DNA of 64,000 nt from Alphaproteobacteria bacterium (GTDB taxonomy: Bacteria; Pseudomonadota; Alphaproteobacteria; GCA-016699305): positions 522,066-586,065 of the forward strand of contig CP064970.1 in assembly GCA_016699305.1 (NCBI GenBank). The letters are read 5' to 3'. Below the pieces are notes generated by a model that worked only from the letters and a program-made list of their open reading frames with translations, was not told where the DNA came from and did not search any database. Made by a program: the position numbers and the translations under genes. Of this stretch, positions 24,966 through 35,352 are shown piece by piece. Positions within the stretch are counted from its first letter, which is position 1, and each line of letters begins with the position of its first letter.

Positions 24966-25739
24966 GTGTATGCTGAAACCGCCCCCCCCCCGCGCTGGGT
25001 ATCGGTGTCTGAATTAGGCATTGTCATCGGGCCGATTCTGTGGGTGGTGGCGATTCTGGCTGTCCTGGCCGCAGCCATTGCAGCGGGGTCGGGCGCATTC
25101 AATGGCGATATTTCCGCAGTCAGCGCTAAAGCCCAAGCATCGGCTATTCTTGGATATACCCATGAAGTAAAACTCGCCGTGGATAGAGTGATTGCTAAGG
25201 GCTGCACCGATACGCAAGTCAGTTTTGAAAACCCTATCGTCAGCGGATACACAAACCCGAACGCGCCTTCGGATAAATCCTGCCATGTCTTTGATGTCAA
25301 TGGCGGCGGTATTTCATATAAATATCCGCCACCACAAGTATTGGATGCAAGTCTTTCTGGATATACGGGGTATGGACAATACTTTTTCACGAGCACACTA
25401 TCTGTTATAGGTATTGGGAATGGTCGAACAACAACATCATTAATTATGATGATGCCACATTTGAATAAAAAAATTGCAAATAAAATTAACGAAATAAACA
25501 ATATAACTGGTAGCATTGGCGGGATTTCATTATGTAATTTTCATTACACTTCGGCTAACTACTTCATAGGAAATTACTATACTCCATGCGGCGGCTTTTT
25601 CGATGCAGATGGGAATGCTCGACAACAATACGGAACAGAAGCAACGGCTAATGTTGCGGGGCATACATCTGGTTGCGTTCTCAACAACCACGCCGGGTCG
25701 TTTGAAGCAAACTGTTTCAAAGTTCTTATTGCACGCTGA
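24966..25739 (+). CDS. hypothetical exported / membrane-anchored Gly-Tyr-Asn-rich Cys-containing protein; candidate phase-variable surface protein
   Basis: 257 aa. One N-terminal hydrophobic helix (GIVIGPILWVVAILAVLAAAIAAG) is followed by a pilin-like amphipathic segment (SAKAQASAILGYTHEVKLAV), then a G/Y/N/T-rich region with 6 Cys. The gene starts at GTG 24966, and a C10 tract sits in codons 6-9. The 3' third has low-GC codon usage. Confidence 0.5.
   Translation: MYAETAPPPRWVSVSELGIVIGPILWVVAILAVLAAAIAAGSGAFNGDISAVSAKAQASAILGYTHEVKLAVDRVIAKGCTDTQVSFENPIVSGYTNPNAPSDKSCHVFDVNGGGISYKYPPPQVLDASLSGYTGYGQYFFTSTLSVIGIGNGRTTTSLIMMMPHLNKKIANKINEINNITGSIGGISLCNFHYTSANYFIGNYYTPCGGFFDADGNARQQYGTEATANVAGHTSGCVLNNHAGSFEANCFKVLIAR
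24982..24991. repeat. poly-C(10) homopolymeric tract (poly-G on the opposite strand)
   Basis: The tract encodes the PPP at codons 7-9 of ORF 24966..25739. Length 10 is the only value consistent with the tool translation TAPPPRW. ATGs at 24964 and 24970, with GAGG at 24955-58, lie in the +1 frame relative to the long ORF. Confidence 0.8.
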
Positions 25740-25883
25740 TTCATTAATTATTGCTACGATCAACTTTTATCAATCTTGTTCGTCTCGTCTGCCAGCTTCC
25801 TCGTTCCCCTGCCGAACCATCTTTTGACTTTTCCGTTTTAATGGGGCGTGGGATGGCTGCCCTAGCTTTTTCCAGACCATTCT

Positions 25884-25924
25884 TGGCCACTCCTACGGGC
25901 CTCTACAGGCTGTAGGAGTGGCCA
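25884..25924. repeat. perfect 12-13 bp inverted repeat (ggccactcctac / gtaggagtggcc) with a 15-nt loop between convergent island genes
   Basis: Read directly from sequence. No flanking U-tract on either strand. Could be a factor-independent hairpin terminator or a protein-binding palindrome. Confidence 0.55.
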
Positions 25925-25959
25925 ATGGCTCAAGCCTTCACTGTGCGAAGCAAGAAAAT

Positions 25960-26610
25960 TTATAGTCTGGCTTCTGGAACAGCCGGTCTTTGCCTCATCA
26001 CACCGGGATGCATGGAGGTGGGCTGATCCTGCGGATCATTCACCATCATGGTTTTAAACACCGCGAGAGAATCTTTGTCCTTGATCCGCGAAGCCAAGAG
26101 GTCTTGCCACGTCTGAGCCACCACGGGGCATGCCCTGACAGCGACGGGAAAAACACGAATAACCCCTTTTTCGATCTGGCTGAACGCCACGCGATGATCA
26201 GGCTGCGCGATCATGAACATCGCCGTTGACGCCTGCTTAAAATACTGCCCGACCAATCCATCTATCGTGGTGAATTTAGGTCTGCAACCCCTTCTAATAA
26301 TAGCTTTCTTGACCGTTGCCGTTCTTAGCTTGCCACTATTGTCTGCGGCATCCTTCACCAAGTTCTCGATCTGCCGCAGGCCTAACATTTGCTGACGAAC
26401 CACATCCGAATCGGAATACCCCAAATGGCCCGGACTGCCGGGGACCTCAGAACGCGATTCTCGCATTGCCGAGGCCAATACACCGCTTTGTTGGTCTTGA
26501 TCAGTCATTGAACACCAGCTCAACATGGGGTTAACCCTTTCCATGAAGTGCGGCGCGTGGGGCGCGTCATAGGACGCGAGATCGACGTCGCGTGAGACAT
26601 TGAACGCCAC
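25960..26610 (-). CDS. hypothetical protein
   Basis: 216-aa ORF with GC-rich, plausible coding composition. No recognisable motif. The start codon is uncertain. Confidence 0.35.
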   Translation of the reverse strand: MAFNVSRDVDLASYDAPHAPHFMERVNPMLSWCSMTDQDQQSGVLASAMRESRSEVPGSPGHLGYSDSDVVRQQMLGLRQIENLVKDAADNSGKLRTATVKKAIIRRGCRPKFTTIDGLVGQYFKQASTAMFMIAQPDHRVAFSQIEKGVIRVFPVAVRACPVVAQTWQDLLASRIKDKDSLAVFKTMMVNDPQDQPTSMHPGVMRQRPAVPEARL

Positions 26611-26921
26611 AACCTTGCCATCGTTCCGTTAACGGGGGCAGAAACTTCATTTTGAGATCGTTCCTTGCAGCGCTTCAGATAGGACAACTCCCGTTCCATA
26701 TCTGATGGATACACTATTCCTTAGAGATCGATTCGTTCAAAGAAGATATAAAAACATGGATAGATTTCAGTGCCTGCCTTTAGCTTGCAACTATTCTTTA
26801 CCAAGATCACGGCACTATTCCGCATATCATTGTATGTATATCATTTATTTATTTATAACCATGGGTTGTTAATATGTCTAACTGTTGGCCCCAGATAGAA
26901 CCTGTCTAAGGAAATGAAGAC

Positions 26922-27233
26922 ATGATGATTTTACCCGCCATTGTGGACTTCGACACAGCAAACTCATTACGCATAAAGATTGATAAAATATCAACCCCTG
27001 ACATGGCTTTCTGCTGTGACGGTCACAATGTTTTGAAGCTAACAACATGGGGACTTCAAGCTCTGCTGGCTGCCGACCGCGATCTGCAGGCGAATGGAAA
27101 GAAACTTGGCCTCACGCGCATCTCCCCCGAATTCAGCCAAGCCTTGGAAGATTTTGGGTGCAAGGAGCAGATGGAACGCTGGAGTCAGATATCGAACCTG
27201 GATGCCCCCTCAAGCAAAGGATCATCGGCATGA
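26922..27233 (+). CDS. STAS-domain protein (anti-sigma-factor-antagonist-like), first gene of the che operon
   Basis: 103 aa. The SpoIIAA-like pattern (LPAIVDFDTANSLR…CDGHNVLKL…GLQALLAADRDLQANGKKLGLT) matches the STAS proteins that lead alphaproteobacterial che operons. Its stop overlaps the cheY ATG (ATGA). Confidence 0.6.
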   Translation: MMILPAIVDFDTANSLRIKIDKISTPDMAFCCDGHNVLKLTTWGLQALLAADRDLQANGKKLGLTRISPEFSQALEDFGCKEQMERWSQISNLDAPSSKGSSA

Positions 27234-27595
27234 GCAAGAAAGTGCTGGCGGTTGACGACTCGCAGACCATGCGCGAGATGGTGGCCTTCGCGTTGCGGCA
27301 AGCAGGCTATGACGTGCTGTTGGCCGAGGACGGGCAAAAGGCGCTGGGCGTGCTGGGCAGCAGTCCCGTGGACTGCGTGATCACCGATCTAAACATGCCG
27401 CAGATGGACGGCATCGGCCTGATTCAAGCGTTACGAGCGCATCCCACGCATCGCGGCACCCCCATTCTGATGCTGACCACGGAAAGCGACGACCAGAAGA
27501 AACAAGCGGGTAAGGCCGCCGGAGCCACCGGCTGGCTGGTCAAGCCCTTCAATCCCGAGAAACTGCTGGATGTCGTGCGGCGGGTTTCGGGTTAA
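27230..27595 (+). CDS. cheY: chemotaxis response regulator CheY
   Basis: MSKKVLAVDDSQTMREMV… with receiver residues D(DD), D57-like ITDLNMPQMDG and K(LVKPF). 121 aa. Confidence 0.9.
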   Translation: MSKKVLAVDDSQTMREMVAFALRQAGYDVLLAEDGQKALGVLGSSPVDCVITDLNMPQMDGIGLIQALRAHPTHRGTPILMLTTESDDQKKQAGKAAGATGWLVKPFNPEKLLDVVRRVSG

Positions 27596-27604
27596 GAGCG
27601 CGTC

Positions 27605-29617
27605 ATGACAGACACCCCCTTCGACCAATTCCGTCGGACTTTTTTCGAAGAATGCGCCGATCTTCTGACCATGGCCGAAGGCGAGCTGCGCGGGCTTGAC
27701 CTGAACGCGCCCAATTCGGAAAGCTTACACGCCATTTTCCGCGCCGTGCATTCCATCAAGGGCGGTGCCGGGGCTTTCGGTTTTGATCGCCTGGTGGCTT
27801 TCGCGCATGGGTTCGAATCCACGTTGGACGCGCTACGCGATCATCGCTTACGCCTTGACCGCGACCACCACGATCTGATCATGCGGGCTTTCGATGTATT
27901 GGCCGATCTGGTGCAGGATGCGCACGGCGAATCCCCCATGCAAGGCGGCAGTGAGCAGGACATTGCCGATGCCCTGACCCGTTGGCGCGGCGACACCGCC
28001 TCCCCTGCCCCGCTCTCGGCCAGCCCTGCCGCGCATGAGAAAAATTCTGGCGGCGGTTGCTATCTCATCCGCTTTACGCCCAACACCCAAATGCTGGCCA
28101 AGGCCAATGAACCCTTACTGATTCTGCGGGAATTAAAACGTCTGGGACAGGCCACCATCACCGTTGATCTATCGCGCCTGCCGGGCCTATGCGAAATGTC
28201 GTCACAAGAAAGCTATTTATCTTGGACCATCGAGTTACACACCGCGCATGATCTGGATCGCGTGCGCGAGACCTTTGAGTTTGTCCTGGACGACTGCGAG
28301 CTTTCCATCACCGAGCACGACACGCGCAAAACGGAGGCACCCGCCGCCGAAGGGACAGAAGCGCCGCGCGGCCAGACCAGCGCCGCATCGCCCACATCCA
28401 TGCGGGTGGATATCGACAAGGTCGATCGCCTGGTCAATATGGTGGGCGAGATCGTCATCACCCAAGCCATGTTGTCGCAGCAGATCGCGCATATGCAAAT
28501 CGACAAACACCAGGAGCTGATGACCGGCATCGAGCAAATGGCCTGGCATACCCGCGAATTGCAAGAAAGCGTGATGGCCATTCGCGCGCAACCGGTGCGC
28601 TCGGTGTTTCAGCGTATGCCGCGCCTGGTGCGCGAGCTGTCCTTCGCCCTGGGCAAAGAGGTGCGCCTGGTGACCGAGGGGGAAAACACCGAAGTGGACA
28701 AGACGGTGATCGAACAGCTATCCGATCCCTTGACTCACCTGATCCGCAACAGCGTGGACCATGGCATCGAAACGCCCGACCAACGCGAAGTGGCCGAGAA
28801 ACCGCGCATAGGCACCATCACGCTGTCGGCGGCGCATCGGCACGGACGGATCGTGATTGCCGTCGATGATGACGGCGCTGGCTTGAATCTGGAACGCATC
28901 CGCGCACGCGCGATCGAGCGCGGCCTGATCGACGCGCAAGCCGATCTGGATCAAGAGGCCATCTTAAACCTCATCTTCCTACCCGGTTTCTCCACCGCCG
29001 CCGCCGTCACGAACATCTCCGGTCGCGGCGTGGGCATGGACGTGGTCAAGCGCAATGTGCAGGCCATGGGTGGGCGCGTGACGGTGGAGTCGCGCCCAGG
29101 CCAGGGCGCGCGTTTTACCTTATCCCTGCCCCTGACACTGGCCGTTCTGGACGGCATGTTGGTGCGGGCGGGCGGCGAGCGTTATGTCATTCCCTTGGCT
29201 GGCATCATCGAAAGCATCTGTCCCGCGCCGGGCATGGTGGCCAAGCTTGTCGGATGTGGAGACGTGCTGCATATCCGGGGTGAATATGTGCGCCTTATTC
29301 CCCTACATACCGCCTTTAATCTGCATGACGACGCTCAGACCAACGGACTGGTCGTGCTGGTCGAGGCCGAAGGCGGACGCCGCGCCGGATTTATCGTTGA
29401 CGAGATCATAGGACAACAGCAGGTTGTGATTAAAAGCATGGAGACAAACTATACACACATCCCGGGAATATCTGCCGCCACCATCTTGGGCGACGGGCGC
29501 GTGGCTCTTATCCTTGATATTTCCGGCTTGATGGATATGAGGATGATGAATCCGTCCTCTTCATTCGCGCCCGATACGACCGCCTATCCCCTGTCATCCG
29601 ATTGCCTACCATCGTAG
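27605..29617 (+). CDS. cheA: chemotaxis histidine kinase CheA
   Basis: HPt (AVHSIKGGAGAFGF), a dimerisation domain, HATPase (DDGAGL…GRGVGMDVV) and a C-terminal CheW-like domain. 670 aa. Confidence 0.95.
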   Translation: MTDTPFDQFRRTFFEECADLLTMAEGELRGLDLNAPNSESLHAIFRAVHSIKGGAGAFGFDRLVAFAHGFESTLDALRDHRLRLDRDHHDLIMRAFDVLADLVQDAHGESPMQGGSEQDIADALTRWRGDTASPAPLSASPAAHEKNSGGGCYLIRFTPNTQMLAKANEPLLILRELKRLGQATITVDLSRLPGLCEMSSQESYLSWTIELHTAHDLDRVRETFEFVLDDCELSITEHDTRKTEAPAAEGTEAPRGQTSAASPTSMRVDIDKVDRLVNMVGEIVITQAMLSQQIAHMQIDKHQELMTGIEQMAWHTRELQESVMAIRAQPVRSVFQRMPRLVRELSFALGKEVRLVTEGENTEVDKTVIEQLSDPLTHLIRNSVDHGIETPDQREVAEKPRIGTITLSAAHRHGRIVIAVDDDGAGLNLERIRARAIERGLIDAQADLDQEAILNLIFLPGFSTAAAVTNISGRGVGMDVVKRNVQAMGGRVTVESRPGQGARFTLSLPLTLAVLDGMLVRAGGERYVIPLAGIIESICPAPGMVAKLVGCGDVLHIRGEYVRLIPLHTAFNLHDDAQTNGLVVLVEAEGGRRAGFIVDEIIGQQQVVIKSMETNYTHIPGISAATILGDGRVALILDISGLMDMRMMNPSSSFAPDTTAYPLSSDCLPS

Positions 29618-29705
29618 GCTTGCCCTTTAAGTTTTTTCAATTCTTTGTTGTCATCTTTTGTAATCAAAAGTTGAGTTACATCTCTTGATGAAAGGGGTTA
29701 CGGAA

Positions 29706-30269
29706 ATGGCTTTGGAAGCAAATCCCCCACATTCCGAAGATGGCGCGAGCCGACAGGAGCAAGGGTCCACCCAGGCTCGGCAATATGTCACCTTCACGAT
29801 CAACAGCGAGGAATACGGCGTCGATATCATGGACGTGCGCGAGATCAAAGGCTGGACGCATGCCACGCGCCTGCCGAACGCGCCTTCCTATGTGCGCGGC
29901 GTCATCAATCTGCGCGGACTGATGCTGCCGATTTTCGATCTGCGTTCGCGCTTTGGCCAAGGCGAGACGGACGCCAGCAAGACCCATGTGATTGTGATCG
30001 TCGCCGTCGGCAGCCGCACCATCGGCATTCTGGTGGACGCCGTGTCGGATATCCTTTCGATCACCCAAGACCAAATCCGCCCCGCGCCGGAATTCGAGCA
30101 AGGCCATGAAGCCGCGTATCTGCACGGATTGGTCAGCGTCAGCGAACGCATGGTGGCTCTGCTGGCCTTGGACCGACTCTTCGACCTGGCCGGCGTGCGC
30201 GAAGGAATATTGGACGCAGCCGTTGCCGAAGCCGTCCCGCAGGCCGCCGCCCAGCAAGCCATCGCCTAA
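29706..30269 (+). CDS. cheW: chemotaxis coupling protein CheW
   Basis: QYVTFTINSEEYGVDIMDVREIKGW…VRGVINLRG is a CheW domain. ATG at 29706 follows AAAGGGG; the tool ORF starts at 29685. Confidence 0.9.
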   Translation: MALEANPPHSEDGASRQEQGSTQARQYVTFTINSEEYGVDIMDVREIKGWTHATRLPNAPSYVRGVINLRGLMLPIFDLRSRFGQGETDASKTHVIVIVAVGSRTIGILVDAVSDILSITQDQIRPAPEFEQGHEAAYLHGLVSVSERMVALLALDRLFDLAGVREGILDAAVAEAVPQAAAQQAIA

Positions 30270-30305
30270 CCATCCTTACTCATCATCCTTTCCAGGAGAA
30301 CAGAC

Positions 30306-32750
30306 ATGTCATCACTTCACGCCTCGGCCACGCCCGCCCGCGCCGGACTTCTAAACCGCCTGCGCATCAGCCATCGCCTAACCTTGGGCTTCTTATTGGT
30401 CTTGGCGATCATGGCCGTCAGCAGCGGCATTACCGCCTATTCCGCCGTCCAGTCGTCGAAGATATCGTCGTCCTTAAAGGAAACCCGCATCCCCAGCGCC
30501 CTATTGCTAACCGACATAGAAACCATGGTCAGCGTGGCGGAATTCAAAATGTCCGACTACATCGCCGACAAGGGCGTAGCTTACAAAGAGGATTTCAAAT
30601 CCTATATCGAAAAAGTCCACGCCGATGTCGAAAAAATGGATGAACAAGTTAAATCCTGGACTTTCCCCGAGCAAATCGAAAACTGGCAGGACATCAAAAA
30701 ACGCATGGAAGTCGTTTATCGCTCATTCGACGACACGCTTAAACTCTACGATTCGGGCGACAAGGCCAAAGCCAGCGAGACGTTTTACAAGGAAGTCCGC
30801 CAGTCCGTCAGCCAGATGAAAGACGTTTTATCCGGCAAGAAAGGCAAATCGGGCTTTCGTGAAGGGGGCCTGACCGATGATCGGGTCGAGGTCCTGAACA
30901 CCGCAGGCGTCGAATTGGTCGATAGCATGCAGACCATGATCCGCCTGACATTGCTATTGCTGGCCATTGGGATCACGACGGGACTGACCGTTGCCTTCTT
31001 CACCGCCCGCGCCCTCACCCGCCCGATCAACAGCATGAAGGACGCCATGGCGCGGATCGCCGCCAGCGACGTCGAGGTTCAGATCCAAGGCATGAATCGC
31101 GGCGATGAAATCGGTGACATGGCCCGCGCCCTGGCCGCCATCCGCGAGATCGGCATCAACGCCGCCAAGGCCAAGAGCGCCCTGGATAATGTCGGTGCCA
31201 ATGTGATGATGACCGAAAACGACGGCAAAGTGGCCTATGCCAACCGCTCGCTGGGCGACATGTTCCGTCACGGCGAGTCCGATATCCGCAAGGAGATCAG
31301 CGGCTTCGACACGTCGCGCCTGTCCGGCATGTCGATCGAGGAGTTCCAGCGTTTCTGCGCCAATCCGCATGAATCCCTGGCACGGGTCAATGCGCGTTCC
31401 CAAAACCGTGTCGTGGTGGGTGGACGCACCTATGACCTGACCGCGAACCCCGTCACCAACGACAAGGGCGAACGGCTGGGCACGGTGATCGAATGGGTGG
31501 ACATGACTCAGCAGCTCAGCGTGGAGAACGAGATCGCCGAACTGGTGGATAGCGCCGTCAAGGGCGACCTAAGCCGGCGCATGGATCTGGCCGGCAAGGA
31601 CGGGTTCATGCGTAAGCTGGGCGAGGGAATGAACAATCTCACCCGCACCACCAACGACGCTTTGGAAGATATCGCCAGCTTCTTGGACGCTCTCTCGCGC
31701 GGCGACCTCACACGCCGCATGGAACGCGCCTATCAAGGCATGTTCGAGCGCATCAAGAACGACGCCAACGGCTCGGCGCAGCGCTTGGCCGAGATCGTGG
31801 GACGGATCATCGAGGCTTCCACCACCATCTCCACCGCGGCGGGCGAGATCGCATCGGGCAGCAGCGACCTTTCGGCCCGAACCGAGCAACAAGCGTCCAA
31901 TCTTGAAGAAACCGCAGCGTCCATGGAGCAGCTGGCCGCCACCGTGCGCCAGAACTCCGAAAACGCCCAACAGGCCAATAAGCTTGCTTCCGGCGCGCGC
32001 GGCTCGGCCGAGAACGGAGGCAAGGTGGCGCAAGACGCCATCGCCGCCATGGGACGCATCGAGACCTCCTCGCGCAAGATATCGGACATCATCGGCGTGA
32101 TCGACGAAATCGCCTTCCAGACCAACTTGCTGGCCTTGAACGCCGCCGTCGAGGCCGCAAGGGCGGGCGACGCGGGCAAGGGCTTTGCCGTGGTCGCCAC
32201 CGAAGTCCGCGCCCTGGCCCAGCGTTCGGCTCAGGCCTCGCGCGAGATCAAAGCGCTGATCGTGGATAGCGGCAATCAGGTCAAGGACGGCGTGTCCCTG
32301 GTCCGCAATGCGGGCGATGCGCTGAACGAGATCGTCGACTCCATCAAGCGCGTGGCCGATATCGTGGCGGAGATCGCGGCGGCCAGCAGCGAACAGGCAT
32401 CGGGCCTAGAGCAGGTGAACAACGCCGTCTCACAAATGGACGAGATGACGCAAAAGAACGCCGCCCTGGTCGAAGAAAGCGCAGCAGCCGCAGGTTCCTT
32501 GAACGAGCAATCCGCCAACTTGACCGAGATCATGGGCTTCTTCCAAACCGAACAAGGCCGCGTCAAAGCCACGGCACCCAAGCCCATCACCGCAGCCGCG
32601 CCCGAACCACGCGCCAGGACACAAACAATGGCCGCTGCCAGAACCGGCACACGTTCATCCGCGCGCAATGCCCCGGCCAGCGCAAACGGCAAAACCCCGC
32701 CCAAAAGCCTAGCCGCCGCCTCAGGCGAAGGCGAATGGAAGGAGTTTTAA
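30306..32750 (+). CDS. methyl-accepting chemotaxis protein (TM, HAMP, PAS-like segment, MCP signalling domain)
   Basis: 814 aa. The highly conserved MCP hairpin ([45 protein letters not shown]) and HAMP repeats are present. Confidence 0.9.
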   Translation: MSSLHASATPARAGLLNRLRISHRLTLGFLLVLAIMAVSSGITAYSAVQSSKISSSLKETRIPSALLLTDIETMVSVAEFKMSDYIADKGVAYKEDFKSYIEKVHADVEKMDEQVKSWTFPEQIENWQDIKKRMEVVYRSFDDTLKLYDSGDKAKASETFYKEVRQSVSQMKDVLSGKKGKSGFREGGLTDDRVEVLNTAGVELVDSMQTMIRLTLLLLAIGITTGLTVAFFTARALTRPINSMKDAMARIAASDVEVQIQGMNRGDEIGDMARALAAIREIGINAAKAKSALDNVGANVMMTENDGKVAYANRSLGDMFRHGESDIRKEISGFDTSRLSGMSIEEFQRFCANPHESLARVNARSQNRVVVGGRTYDLTANPVTNDKGERLGTVIEWVDMTQQLSVENEIAELVDSAVKGDLSRRMDLAGKDGFMRKLGEGMNNLTRTTNDALEDIASFLDALSRGDLTRRMERAYQGMFERIKNDANGSAQRLAEIVGRIIEASTTISTAAGEIASGSSDLSARTEQQASNLEETAASMEQLAATVRQNSENAQQANKLASGARGSAENGGKVAQDAIAAMGRIETSSRKISDIIGVIDEIAFQTNLLALNAAVEAARAGDAGKGFAVVATEVRALAQRSAQASREIKALIVDSGNQVKDGVSLVRNAGDALNEIVDSIKRVADIVAEIAAASSEQASGLEQVNNAVSQMDEMTQKNAALVEESAAAAGSLNEQSANLTEIMGFFQTEQGRVKATAPKPITAAAPEPRARTQTMAAARTGTRSSARNAPASANGKTPPKSLAAASGEGEWKEF

Positions 32751-32777
32751 GCAGAGCAAGAGGGGACGCGCGTCGCC

Positions 32778-33671
32778 ATGCTGATGAACCTGCCCGATGG
32801 AATCGATTCTGTCCCCATGGCAGAGCATGCGACCCGTCCCCGTGAATTCGCCTTCACTCCTCATGACTTCACTTATCTGGCCGAGTTGGTCACGCAGCAC
32901 ACCGGCATCCGTCTGCCGCCCGAAAAGAAAGAAATGCTGTATGGCCGCTTGTCGCGCCGATTGCGCCATCTGGGGCTTGGAAGTTTTGGCGACTATCGCG
33001 CCTTACTGGAAGGCCCCGATGGCGAGCAGGAAATCACGCACACCATCAACGCCCTGACCACCAACCTGACCGGGTTCTTTCGTGAAGCGCATCACTTCGA
33101 CCATCTGGCCAAAGTGGCGTTGCCACAGATTTTAGAAGCTCAAAGCCAAAGCGGCACGCGCCGCCTGCGCCTATGGTCGGCGGGTTGCTCGACAGGCCAG
33201 GAACCCTATTCCATCGCCATGACCTTGCTGGCGAGCATGCCACAGCGCAATCAGTGGGACGTGCGGATCCTGGCGACAGATCTGGACAGCCAGGTTCTGC
33301 AGCATGCGCGCGCGGGTTGCTATGATCGTGGATTGGCTGAAAAAATTCCCGCGAATTGGCGATCCGCCTATGCCGAAAGCCATCCAAACGGCCAGATGCG
33401 CATGGCCAGGTCCTTGCGAGAGATCATCACCTTCAATCACCTAAACCTGATGCATCCTTGGCCGATGCGCGGACCTTTCAGCGTCATTTTTTGCCGCAAC
33501 GTGGTGATCTATTTCGACAAGCCAACCCAAAGAATATTATTCGACCGCATGGCCGACCTGCTGACCCCGCGCGGCTATTTGTATATCGGCCATTCCGAAA
33601 CCTTGTTCAACGTCTGCGACCGCTTTGAGGCATGCGGAAAAACCATATATCGCAAAAAGGAAGACGCATGA
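32778..33671 (+). CDS. cheR: chemotaxis protein methyltransferase CheR
   Basis: SAM-MTase motif (LRLWSAGCSTGQEPYSIAM) and the CheR N-terminal helical domain. Confidence 0.93.
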   Translation: MLMNLPDGIDSVPMAEHATRPREFAFTPHDFTYLAELVTQHTGIRLPPEKKEMLYGRLSRRLRHLGLGSFGDYRALLEGPDGEQEITHTINALTTNLTGFFREAHHFDHLAKVALPQILEAQSQSGTRRLRLWSAGCSTGQEPYSIAMTLLASMPQRNQWDVRILATDLDSQVLQHARAGCYDRGLAEKIPANWRSAYAESHPNGQMRMARSLREIITFNHLNLMHPWPMRGPFSVIFCRNVVIYFDKPTQRILFDRMADLLTPRGYLYIGHSETLFNVCDRFEACGKTIYRKKEDA

Positions 33672-34300
33672 GCTTGGTCACGACCATCGAACGCCGCGCA
33701 CCGCGCGATAAGCAACCTATTTTCGTATCGCGTTACTTCGACTCTCAAATCGACGGCATGGCCGTGACGGTCCTTCCCGCACAACATGCCATCAGCGCCA
33801 GTCCAGATGAGGTCCTTGTGACTGTGCTGGGAAGCTGCGTGGCCGCCTGCATCCACGACCCAGTGATGAATCTGGGCGGGATGAACCATTTCATGCTGCC
33901 GGGCGAGGCCATGAGCAATTGGAGCGACGCGAACCGCGAGATGCGCTACGGCCACACGGCCATGGAAAAGCTGATCAACGACCTGCTCTCGCGCGGGTGC
34001 CGCAAAGAACGCTTTGCCATCAAGCTGTTCGGCGGTGCCAGCGTCATTCAATCGCCGATCCCCGTGGGCGAACAGAACATTATCTTCGTGCGGCGCTATC
34101 TGCGCGACGAAGGGCTTAGCATCATGGCCGAAGACCTGGGCGGATTTCATGCGCGGCGCATCTATTTTCGCGCCAGCGCGGGCAAGGTGGACCGCCTACT
34201 TCTGAAGCGCCAGGAAGACGAGACGATCTTCACCAACGAACTGTCCTTGCGCCAGACTCTGCGTCAAGCCGACATGTCTGGCAGCGTGGAGTTGTTCTGA
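33668..34300 (+). CDS. cheD: chemoreceptor glutamine deamidase CheD
   Basis: …VLGSCVAACIHDPVMNLGGMNHFMLP… is the CheD catalytic Cys region. The start overlaps the cheR stop (ATGA). Confidence 0.8.
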   Translation: MSLVTTIERRAPRDKQPIFVSRYFDSQIDGMAVTVLPAQHAISASPDEVLVTVLGSCVAACIHDPVMNLGGMNHFMLPGEAMSNWSDANREMRYGHTAMEKLINDLLSRGCRKERFAIKLFGGASVIQSPIPVGEQNIIFVRRYLRDEGLSIMAEDLGGFHARRIYFRASAGKVDRLLLKRQEDETIFTNELSLRQTLRQADMSGSVELF

Positions 34301-35352
34301 TGGCCGTGCGCGTGCTGATTGTGGACGACTCCGCCCTGATGCGCCAAATGCTGACCAGCCTGTTGCATGGCGACGATCTGCATGTGGTGGGCGCGGCCGA
34401 GAACCCCTTGGTGGCACGAGAGATGATCAAGGCCCTAAACCCCGACGTGTTGACCCTGGACGTGGAAATGCCGCGCATGGACGGGTTGGATTTCTTGTCG
34501 CGGCTGATGTCCTTGCGACCCATGCCGGTTGTGATGATCTCGTCCTTGACCCAGGAACACGCCGAAGCCGCCTTACGCGCCCTAGAACTAGGGGCGGTGG
34601 ATTGCATCGCCAAACCACAAACGGATCTGGCCAAGGGAATGGAGGCCATGCGCGAGGATATGCGTAGCCGAATCCTGGCCGCCGCCAAAGCGCGTGTTCG
34701 ACCTTTGACCTCGCGCACGCCCAAGACCAAACCAGCGCATGGCGCGGTGCCGTTTACCTCCAGCGAGAAGATCGTGGTGATAGGCGCATCCACCGGCGGG
34801 GTGGAGGCCCTGACCGAAGTGCTCTGCGCCCTGCCCGCCGCAAGTCCGGGCATTTTGGTGGTTCAGCATATGCCGCCTTTGTTCACGGCCTCATTCGCCA
34901 AACGCCTGGACGGACTGGCCGCGCTAAGCGTTGTCGAAGCGCGCGACGGCACACGCATCATGCCCGGACATGTGCATATCGCGCCGGGCAGCATGCATCT
35001 GGAACTTGCGCGTAGCGGCGCGGATTATATGTGCCGCGTTCATGACGGGCCCTTGGTGTCGGGGCATCGGCCTTCGGTGGATGTCTTATTTCATTCCGCC
35101 GCGCGTTGTGCCGGAGCCAACGCGCTGGGCGTCATCCTAACCGGCATGGGCCGCGACGGCGCGGAAGGTCTGTTAAAAATGCGCCAAACCGGCAGCGCGA
35201 CGGTGGGCCAAGACGAATCCAGCTGCGTCGTCTATGGCATGCCCAAAGCCGCCTATGACCTGGGCGGCGTGGCCCAACAACTGCCCCTTGATCGCATCGC
35301 CGAATCCATCCTGTCATATTCCCACGAAGCACGTCAGGCCTTGCGCGTTTAA
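34300..35352 (+). CDS. cheB: chemotaxis methylesterase/deamidase CheB
   Basis: N-terminal REC (VLIVDDSALMR…LDVEMPRMDG) plus a C-terminal CheB methylesterase domain (GASTGG…GMPKAA). Confidence 0.95.
   Translation: MAVRVLIVDDSALMRQMLTSLLHGDDLHVVGAAENPLVAREMIKALNPDVLTLDVEMPRMDGLDFLSRLMSLRPMPVVMISSLTQEHAEAALRALELGAVDCIAKPQTDLAKGMEAMREDMRSRILAAAKARVRPLTSRTPKTKPAHGAVPFTSSEKIVVIGASTGGVEALTEVLCALPAASPGILVVQHMPPLFTASFAKRLDGLAALSVVEARDGTRIMPGHVHIAPGSMHLELARSGADYMCRVHDGPLVSGHRPSVDVLFHSAARCAGANALGVILTGMGRDGAEGLLKMRQTGSATVGQDESSCVVYGMPKAAYDLGGVAQQLPLDRIAESILSYSHEARQALRV

Noticed and set aside
24881-25516. 211-aa minus-strand ORF overlapping the phase-variable gene
   Set aside because: Antisense to the ORF that has a signal or anchor helix and consistent composition. 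The I/L/F-rich N-terminus is the reverse of an AT-rich stretch. Only one of the two can be real, and the plus-strand one is more protein-like.
33575-34150. Antisense ORFs within the che operon and hslU (33575..34150, 36144..36947, 36269..37339, 31569..32200 and similar)
   Set aside because: Embedded opposite well-supported che, hslU and MCP genes. Composition typical of spurious high-GC antisense frames.
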